IMG/VR virus record: IMGVR_UViG_3300042542_002528
Location: 1-62,086 of that record
Length of the DNA: 62,086 bases
Strand: one strand, 5' to 3'
Origin: a virus
Taxonomy: Duplodnaviria; Caudoviricetes
In this document: piece after piece, positions 55,812 to 62,086 of the stretch
How positions within the stretch are numbered: the first letter of the stretch is position 1
Layout: each line of letters opens with the position of its first letter
Notes under the pieces: generated by a model
What the model was told of the DNA's origin: nothing
The model's input: the letters and a program-made list of their open reading frames with translations, nothing else
Databases searched by the model: none
Program-made: the position numbers and the translations under genes

Positions 55812-57038
55812 CTATAGATCAGTGTCCCGCCGGGCCTCCAGCCGCCGCAGCGCCTCGGCCCGCAGCGGCCCCAAATCCCAGCCGCCGCCCGTTCGGGAGC
55901 CGTCCTTGCCGTAAGTCACAGGCTTCATGCCCAGCATGCCGGGCCGCATCACCACGTTCCCCTGCGCGTCCCTCGTATAGCGAACTGGGTGGAATGGCCG
56001 CTCACCGTTCGGGCCGAATTGCGAATTGTTTGCGCGCTCTATATCCGCGTCAGACCAAGCGCCGGGATTGTCGTAATTCAATGGGGTCGCCGGGCCTTCT
56101 GCCGGCTGCGGTGGGCGGTCCCTTGTAATCGCCCCCTGCGGATCTTCTCCCGGCCGCGGCATCCTGCCCGGCCGCGTGCCGTACGACGGGTCCGGCGTGT
56201 CGGAGCCGTCAGGGTAATACGCCAGCGGTGCATACGGATTGCGAGCGGTTGGGCGCCACTCTCCGCCGGTCGCTGGCTGCGTAGCGACGACCGGAAGGCG
56301 GTCCCCGCCAATCACCCGGCCTCCGTTGGGGTCATAAGGCCCGGTGTCGTAGCGAACTGGGTCGGCAGGCTGGTACTGCGGCTGCGGGGCGTACTGCGAG
56401 AGCTGCTGCTCTAGGCTGGGCTGCTGCGGAAGCTGCTGAATTCCCGGCTGGCCCCAGCTATTGAACCCAAGGGCGTTGTTGCTAGCCGCGAATCGCGGGT
56501 CGCCAGTCAAGCCAGTGCGGTCATACGGCGCGACCTGCGGGCGCATGGAGAACGGGTTCTGCCAGCCGTCCTTCACCATGTCGCCGGCCCGCCTGTACAT
56601 CGACTGGAAGTCGAACTGCGGGGCACCCTGCGCCTTGCCGCCGTAGTAGGGCAGCATGGAGTCGTTGATGTTCTGGATAAAAGCATCCCGCTGGCCGAAG
56701 TTCGGCTGCTCAGACTGAGTGCCGTCGAAGTTGGTGTACCGCTGCGTGAACGGGGCAGGGCGGTTGTTCGGCGTGGCGTAGGCGTAGTTGCCGTCTGGTT
56801 GCGCCCCGTAGGGCGTTCCTTGGCTCTGCGGCTGGATAGGCTGGGCCTGACCAGGAGAGTACATGCTCATGTCGGGGGCCTTCTGCGGCCCCGGAGCTGC
56901 CTCTTGCTGACCACCAGTGTTCTGCTGGGGCTTAGGCCGCGAGGCTCCAGATGCGCGCCACGGATAGCGCGACTGCTTCTGCGGGGCGCCCGGATACTTC
57001 TGCTGAGCCGCCTCGGGCGTATACGGATTCATCGGCAT
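55812..57038 (-). CDS. Pro/Gln-rich, probably disordered hypothetical protein
   Basis: 408-aa ORF on coding strand. Confidence 0.7.
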   Translation of the reverse strand: MPMNPYTPEAAQQKYPGAPQKQSRYPWRASGASRPKPQQNTGGQQEAAPGPQKAPDMSMYSPGQAQPIQPQSQGTPYGAQPDGNYAYATPNNRPAPFTQRYTNFDGTQSEQPNFGQRDAFIQNINDSMLPYYGGKAQGAPQFDFQSMYRRAGDMVKDGWQNPFSMRPQVAPYDRTGLTGDPRFAASNNALGFNSWGQPGIQQLPQQPSLEQQLSQYAPQPQYQPADPVRYDTGPYDPNGGRVIGGDRLPVVATQPATGGEWRPTARNPYAPLAYYPDGSDTPDPSYGTRPGRMPRPGEDPQGAITRDRPPQPAEGPATPLNYDNPGAWSDADIERANNSQFGPNGERPFHPVRYTRDAQGNVVMRPGMLGMKPVTYGKDGSRTGGGWDLGPLRAEALRRLEARRDTDL

Positions 57039-57058
57039 GCTCCAGAGTGGTCAGGTAA

Positions 57059-57109
57059 CGGGGGCGGGTCATTGCTGACCCACCCCCGCCCCCGATAGCC
57101 CCGAAGGGC
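57059..57109 (-). terminator. Double hairpin after capsid operon (UUCG and GCAA tetraloops)
   Basis: Minus strand GCCC-TTCG-GGGC then CGGGGGCGG...GGGTCA-GCAA-TGACCCGCCCCCG; weak U tract. Confidence 0.6.
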
Positions 57110-57114
57110 ATTTC

Positions 57115-57723
57115 CTAGCCGCGGGTCTTGACGACCGCGAGGACCGCGCTGCCCGTCGTCGCGCCAGCGCTGCACGCACGGCCGATCACGCCGAGCGACA
57201 CAGTGTGGTCAACAGACGCCGTGCTGGCCCCGGTCAGGCTCGCGGGCGTAACCCGGCCGGCAGTCGTTGAGGTGGAGGCCGCGGCCGTGATCACCGTCAG
57301 GCGATCACCCACCGCAACGTCCGTACCGCTCACCGCCACCGCCACTTCGGTCGGCCCGTCAACCGTCACCCAGAACACATCGTTCACCGCCACGCCAGAG
57401 GCGGGCAGGAACTCGTCCACCACGCCGACGACCTCGCCGTTGGCGGTGTTGGCATAGCCATCAACCACCGTGAACGAGCCGGCCTTGAAGGCCACCACCC
57501 GCTTCGGGGCCAGGGCCACCGTAGACGAGTTGCGAACGGCCACGCACACCTTGCGACGGTTCGACCGGACAGCGCCGGTGATGGGGTTCACATCCGTGAA
57601 CTCCTTCACGCAGCCCACCCAATTGTCGCCGTACGTTCCAGCAATGCCGTACAGGCTGTCGTTGACGCCGGTGACACCCAGCGTCTGACCAAGGCCGAAC
57701 GGCGGATCATTCTGAAGTCCCAT
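57115..57723 (-). CDS. Capsid decoration/cement protein
   Basis: Directly after MCP; Ala/Val/Thr-rich with FWV...GP beta-clip-like motif. Confidence 0.7.
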   Translation of the reverse strand: MGLQNDPPFGLGQTLGVTGVNDSLYGIAGTYGDNWVGCVKEFTDVNPITGAVRSNRRKVCVAVRNSSTVALAPKRVVAFKAGSFTVVDGYANTANGEVVGVVDEFLPASGVAVNDVFWVTVDGPTEVAVAVSGTDVAVGDRLTVITAAASTSTTAGRVTPASLTGASTASVDHTVSLGVIGRACSAGATTGSAVLAVVKTRG

Positions 57724-57751
57724 GTAAGAGATTCCCTTTCTTTTTTCTTTC

Positions 57752-58861
57752 TCAGGCGAGGCTCAGGAGCTTAAAAAAGTTGCGCGGACTTTTGAACTTA
57801 AGGTTTCCGAGTGTCGAAACAACGTAGCGATATTGCTGCGTAATTTCGTCGTAAAAAGGCCCCTCACTGTTCAGCAGCTGACCTTCCATGCAGAGCAGCT
57901 CCACGTTGCCAATCGCCAGACCGTAGCCGGTGTTGGCGGGCACCGAGTTCTCCGAGCTGATCTCCACGCCGTCCAGCTCAAACACGTCCGTGAAGCCGTA
58001 GCTCCGCAGGCCGTTCGTCCGGCTGACAATAACACGCTCCTTGGAGTCCAGCGTGTTCAGGAAGTCGATGAACAGGCGACGGTCCAGAAGAACCATGTCG
58101 ACCTGATCTTCCTTGCTGTCGTTGCGGCGGGTCTGATGGATCGCCTCACGCACAGCCTTCACGCAGTTGTCCTTCCAAGTCGACGCACCGAAGTAGGTGC
58201 TGGTGTAGTTCACCTGCACAGGCGAGTAGAAATCGAACTCCGGGTCCGCGTAGCCGTTCGGCCACACGCCGGTCTGCTGCGAGCCGCCGTAGGCACCCAG
58301 CGTGGTCGACAGACCAGCGTAGGTGTCGGACGGGTAGCAGAACGGATCAGCGGCGTTGGCCGCACGCTGAGCGCCAGTCGTCACGTTGACCGTGCCGTTG
58401 GTGCCCAAGAACGACTCCATGCCGTGGAACCGCAGCTCGTTGCCCGCAGCGTAACCATCAAGAATCCACTCACGGCTCAGGTACTGTTCCATGCTGGTAA
58501 GAAGGCGGGTAGCCATCTTGCCGGCAACATTAACAAGCGCCTGGGCGCTACGATTCTCAAGCATCTCTTTCTTATAAATGGCGTCAGTTGCCTGGGCACC
58601 CCTGAACTCCAGCTCTGCTCGCTTCCAGAGGTTCTGGCGAGCGAAGGTGCGAGGAGTTTCACCATTGTTACCACCCGGGGTATGATTTCTGTACTGGATT
58701 TCCCAGTCGAAACCCCTGCCCGACATGTTGGTGCGGACGTTGCCCGAACCTTCCACGGCGGCGAAGAACTTGTACTTACGCAACGACGTAATCTCTTCTT
58801 CCCGAAGATGATTAACAATCGTCGTTGCAATGGAACGTGCCCAGTCCGTCGAACTTGCCAT
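57752..58861 (-). CDS. Major capsid protein (HK97 fold)
   Basis: 369 aa after scaffold; GRGFDW, GME..L, GFTDVFELDGVEI, GNL..KSPR motifs. Confidence 0.88.
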   Translation of the reverse strand: MASSTDWARSIATTIVNHLREEEITSLRKYKFFAAVEGSGNVRTNMSGRGFDWEIQYRNHTPGGNNGETPRTFARQNLWKRAELEFRGAQATDAIYKKEMLENRSAQALVNVAGKMATRLLTSMEQYLSREWILDGYAAGNELRFHGMESFLGTNGTVNVTTGAQRAANAADPFCYPSDTYAGLSTTLGAYGGSQQTGVWPNGYADPEFDFYSPVQVNYTSTYFGASTWKDNCVKAVREAIHQTRRNDSKEDQVDMVLLDRRLFIDFLNTLDSKERVIVSRTNGLRSYGFTDVFELDGVEISSENSVPANTGYGLAIGNVELLCMEGQLLNSEGPFYDEITQQYRYVVSTLGNLKFKSPRNFFKLLSLA

Positions 58862-58863
58862 AG

Positions 58864-59871
58864 TTAAATGACTCCGTCGTTAGCGAGTTGGCCCTTCAGC
58901 CTCTCCTCAAAGCTCATCCGCGCACGCGGTGTGCGCGGCTCTGTAGTTCCACCACTCCGGTTCGGGGACCGGGTTGCACGCTCCCGAAGGAACTGCATGT
59001 TCTGTTGCGCCACGGGGTCGACAGGCGGAGCAGGAGCCGGCTGCGGGGCGTACCCCGGGGCTGGCTGGCTCTGCATCTGCTGGTAGCGCATGTTCAGGAG
59101 GTCGCGCTGCAGCATGCCGGTGGCATACTTCCACCGCGCCTCGGCACCTTGGATGCCATACTCCGATGCCTGCTGGATGTACGCCTGGATGGCCTTGCCT
59201 TCCGGGGTCACATTGCCCTGCTGGTCGTACAGCCAGTCGGAGTTCTGCTTCTCTAGGTCGTTGACGTAGTTCTGGCTCTGGTACTGGGAGAGGTGCTGCT
59301 GCACCATCTCCTGAGCCTTCTGGATCGCGACCTGCTCAACGAAGGGCTTGAGCGTGGCCTCGGGATCGGTGACCAGCTTGCGGGCGAAGTCCGCCGTGTA
59401 CGCCTGATACTCACGCAGAGACTGCTGGGCCTCGTACGGGGCGTCCGGGGAGATGACTTCCTTGCCCGTGGAGGGGTCGCGGACGATGTAGGACCGCCAT
59501 GTGTCCTTGACCTGCGGAGGGTTCCACCACTTGGGAGCCTCCTGCGGCTTGGGCTTGGCAGCTTCCGCCTGCGCCCGCTGCCACTCCGAGAACGCCTTCT
59601 GGTTCTTCAGGTACTCCTGAGCGTACGGGACGATGCTCTGGTACTGCTGAAGCTGGCGCTGGGCTTCCTGGTAGCTCTGCTTGGAGCGGTACAGGTCCTG
59701 CGCGATGGCAAGATCGTCGGCGCCGCTGTACTCCGGGAGATGCCGGAACGCCTCGTAGGGTGTTGCGAAACCGGACGCAGACTGCGCCGCCGGTTCAGAA
59801 TGCACCTCGGGAGATGCAGCCTCTGCTACGGGCGCAGAGGACTCAGGAATGTCAGGTGTTTCGTCGGACAT
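58864..59871 (-). CDS. Capsid scaffolding protein
   Basis: Acidic, Gln-rich helical protein immediately upstream of MCP; C-terminal SFEERL. Confidence 0.78.
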   Translation of the reverse strand: MSDETPDIPESSAPVAEAASPEVHSEPAAQSASGFATPYEAFRHLPEYSGADDLAIAQDLYRSKQSYQEAQRQLQQYQSIVPYAQEYLKNQKAFSEWQRAQAEAAKPKPQEAPKWWNPPQVKDTWRSYIVRDPSTGKEVISPDAPYEAQQSLREYQAYTADFARKLVTDPEATLKPFVEQVAIQKAQEMVQQHLSQYQSQNYVNDLEKQNSDWLYDQQGNVTPEGKAIQAYIQQASEYGIQGAEARWKYATGMLQRDLLNMRYQQMQSQPAPGYAPQPAPAPPVDPVAQQNMQFLRERATRSPNRSGGTTEPRTPRARMSFEERLKGQLANDGVI

Positions 59872-59945
59872 GTAGCTTTCCTCGGGGGAAGGGTCTACAT
59901 GTCACTGTCCTTGTAACCCGAAATACGTGCAGGATTTACGGCCGA

Positions 59946-60164
59946 TCACTGCACATCTACCTCTGCCTCGGTTTCCACCCACACCCTGGCGCCGCAGGAC
60001 AGGGGGCTGTCAGGCTCGTACCGGATCACGCACGGGCCGTTGATTTTGACGCTATGGCCGTACTGGTTGGCCTTGTACGTCTTGACCGTCAGCACCGGCT
60101 CGCGTTCGCCGGTCTTATGATTCCGGCGGATAACGTGCTGGTTAACGTGGATTATGTGCTTCAT
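59946..60164 (-). CDS. Conserved small phage protein (IHVNQH.I..N.K.G...PV..VK...PLSCGARVWVET)
   Basis: Recurrent phage motif. Confidence 0.75.
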   Translation of the reverse strand: MKHIIHVNQHVIRRNHKTGEREPVLTVKTYKANQYGHSVKINGPCVIRYEPDSPLSCGARVWVETEAEVDVQ

Positions 60165-61006
60165 GGAGCATCATCGTATTGCGATGCGGCACCTGCCGCC
60201 ACGGGTGCAAGCATCCCGTACTTTCTCAGGATGCGGATAGAGTCTTCGGTGCCAGGGAACATCACGTAGTTGCGAGAGCCTTGGCCGGCGCCGCGAGAGA
60301 TTCCGTCTAGGTAACGGACCCCCGGGATGCCAGCATCCAATAGCGCCTGCGCGCCGCCACTGGTCTTTGCGAGGCGGGTCAGTTCAACCGCCGCCGTCTC
60401 GTACGGGCTGCGACCGAGGTGCGACTCAAACTTCCAAGAGCCGTCCTGAATAGCCCGCAGGCTGCTCTGCCCAATCGCCGCCGGGTTGTGCTGACGAAGA
60501 ACCTCGGCCCCAACTGCTCCGACTGGCGTTGAGAAGGGGCGGTCATGGTCCAGCAAACGGTCTTCCGGAACGCCAATTTCCACTTCGTACATGTGGCCCG
60601 GCCGCTTTGGGACAGGTTGTCTATAGTCTAATTCATACAAGTGCCGGACAATTTCGCGCCACCGCTGCTCGGCTTGCGGAATTCCAGCAGCCTCTTGCAT
60701 TGACTCCTCGGCGTCGTCTATCGCGTACTGAACAGCGTTGCGGGGATTGTCTGTGCGCTCCACATGCCGGCGCCAGAATTCCAAAGCATCTTCCTTCGGT
60801 GTTCTCTGCAACGCCGATACCGATCTGCGATACGTATCGGCAACGTCTTCTGATCCGGCAAAGTAAAGACCTCGCCCATACACTTGGTGCCCCTCGCCAG
60901 TGCCGATCTTGGAGGCGTCAAACTTGTCGAAGTCGTACGGACTGCCGTGGTAGGCGCGGATGGTCCGACGCACCGCATCCCCAGCATCATCTAGCCAGCT
61001 AGGCAT
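60161..61006 (-). CDS. Stand-alone polyvalent-protein ADP-ribosyltransferase-like domain
   Basis: AYHGSPYDFDKFD..KIGTGEG.Q.YG.GLYF...Y; AGIPGVRYLD..SR...NYVMF. Confidence 0.75.
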   Translation of the reverse strand: MPSWLDDAGDAVRRTIRAYHGSPYDFDKFDASKIGTGEGHQVYGRGLYFAGSEDVADTYRRSVSALQRTPKEDALEFWRRHVERTDNPRNAVQYAIDDAEESMQEAAGIPQAEQRWREIVRHLYELDYRQPVPKRPGHMYEVEIGVPEDRLLDHDRPFSTPVGAVGAEVLRQHNPAAIGQSSLRAIQDGSWKFESHLGRSPYETAAVELTRLAKTSGGAQALLDAGIPGVRYLDGISRGAGQGSRNYVMFPGTEDSIRILRKYGMLAPVAAGAASQYDDAP

Positions 61007-61683
61007 TAGCGGCCAGCCTCCAAAAGCGAGCGGATCGCCATGCCGCCTGCGTCATCAAAGAGCGACGAGCCGTAGCGACCGGCGGCCTTGGCCGCAGTGA
61101 CTCCCTTGCGCGCCATGCCAATGGGCAAGGGGAGATAGTTCCCGGGGTCGGTTGCCATATCCAAGAACAGGGCATTGCCGGGGGTTGCGTACTGCCGCCA
61201 ATCGTCTGGCTCGTTGTACCCGCCAACCACCTTGGCCCCCGTGAGCGGAGCCACCATGTTTGATGGGATGCTCGCCAAGTGCCCCAGCGCACCTGAGTAG
61301 TTGTACTTCCGCTCGCGCTGCGGCCCGCCGTCTTCCTGCGCACCCTCCATAAGATCGACTAGAGGGCCGCTGACTTCCTGGGCGGCGCGGAATGCTGCGT
61401 CCCGTCCTCGGCCGAAGGTATCCAACAGCGAGAGCGTGGCGTTGACAGGGGCGGCAACCGCCCGGCCAACGTCGCCCCACACCTCTCCGGGACGCCTTTG
61501 GGGGACAGGGGTAAGCATGCCCTCCGACTGCAGCAAATCCATCTTGGTGGCCGGGCTAGCACGCCGCCACTTGGACCGTTCAGCCAGCCCAGAGTCGATG
61601 CTACGCCGGCGCTCACGCTCGGCCTCCATCTCGCCGGGCGTCAGTGGTATGCCGCGGAAGTAACGCTCCCAGGTATCAGCCAT
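61006..61683 (-). CDS. Hypothetical protein (LD...R...LDMATDP.NY motif resembles N-terminus of 25912-29601)
   Basis: TAATG coupling; AAGGA RBS. Confidence 0.7.
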   Translation of the reverse strand: MADTWERYFRGIPLTPGEMEAERERRRSIDSGLAERSKWRRASPATKMDLLQSEGMLTPVPQRRPGEVWGDVGRAVAAPVNATLSLLDTFGRGRDAAFRAAQEVSGPLVDLMEGAQEDGGPQRERKYNYSGALGHLASIPSNMVAPLTGAKVVGGYNEPDDWRQYATPGNALFLDMATDPGNYLPLPIGMARKGVTAAKAAGRYGSSLFDDAGGMAIRSLLEAGR

Positions 61684-61698
61684 TACTATTCCTTGGTG

Positions 61699-61965
61699 CT
61701 AGCAGTTCCACGCCCGGAGGGATTTGTTAATACGACTGTCGGGGTCTTTGGCCGTCTCTGAGCTTGTGAGCTTGTCCTTCATGCCCTGCATCCGTGCGCA
61801 AAAGGAATCTCGGCGAGGACCGCCACCCGGCTGTGGCGGCTTGAGGTTGGCGTCATTGGCCTCGTTGTAAGCCGCTCGCCCCTTGGCATTCAGCCCGCCG
61901 TCTGGGTCTTGCCCTTCCTTGCGCGTCCAGATGAGCTGGCGCACGCGGTTTCCGTCGCTATCCAT
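61699..61965 (-). CDS. DUF6321-like small phage protein
   Basis: WTRKEG....GGLNAKGR..YN...RRDSFCARM.GM...KDPDSRINKSLRAWNC; starts in the 19-bp repeat. Confidence 0.8.
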   Translation of the reverse strand: MDSDGNRVRQLIWTRKEGQDPDGGLNAKGRAAYNEANDANLKPPQPGGGPRRDSFCARMQGMKDKLTSSETAKDPDSRINKSLRAWNC

Positions 61966-62086
61966 CGTCGTCCTCGTCAGTTATTCACATTTCCCATGAG
62001 CTGCGCCGACGGCGGAGATCGAACTATCATCACTGCCGTTTGGCGCTCACGGAAGTTTCCCTAAGTCCTTGTAGGCCATAGAGCCT
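61838..62086. repeat. Terminal overlap, alternative haplotype: 1-141 joined directly to 491-598
   Basis: Direct comparison; last 127 nt identical to 472-598. Confidence 0.97.

Noticed and set aside
57833-58867. Long + strand ORFs antisense to structural genes (also 758-1690, 29722-31020, 37997-39238, 43730-44758)
   Set aside because: Typical shadow ORFs of GC-rich genes; no RBS or recognisable motifs
1-62086. tRNA/rRNA genes, alternative genetic code, inteins or introns
   Set aside because: No cloverleaf signatures seen by eye; core genes are uninterrupted and of normal length under code 11

Overview
The window is an essentially complete, circularly permuted, GC-rich tailed-phage genome of about 61.8 kb. 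It has a podovirus-like virion module: terminase, portal, scaffold, capsid, adaptor/nozzle-like proteins, tail fibres and large internal proteins, with no tape measure or sheath seen. The host is probably a Planctomycete (inference from gene types, not proven). Layout: (1) a + strand early operon of about 25 small ORFs (3490-11437) ending in a serine recombinase; (2) a - strand block (11211-25025) with a sigma factor, a protease and membrane-protein cluster, nucleases, SF2 helicase, SSB, ERF and RecE-like exonuclease; (3) a + strand tyrosine recombinase; (4) a long - strand structural region (25912-61965) that wraps through the window ends to about 1564. Main observations: the two window ends are different haplotypes, and one lacks exactly one 349-bp gene unit bounded by a 19-bp direct repeat that is also the RBS and start codon. 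A second family of identical RBS/start repeats sits at early-gene junctions. No endolysin is recognisable, but a subtilisin, a papain-like protease and about six small membrane proteins form a candidate protease-based lysis cassette. Also noted: an ORF-poor, hairpin-rich 440-nt ncRNA candidate, AT-rich synonymous patches in capsid, portal and terminase genes, and an apparently split nozzle protein fused to an FN3 array. All protein calls come from motif recognition by eye; no database searches were run.
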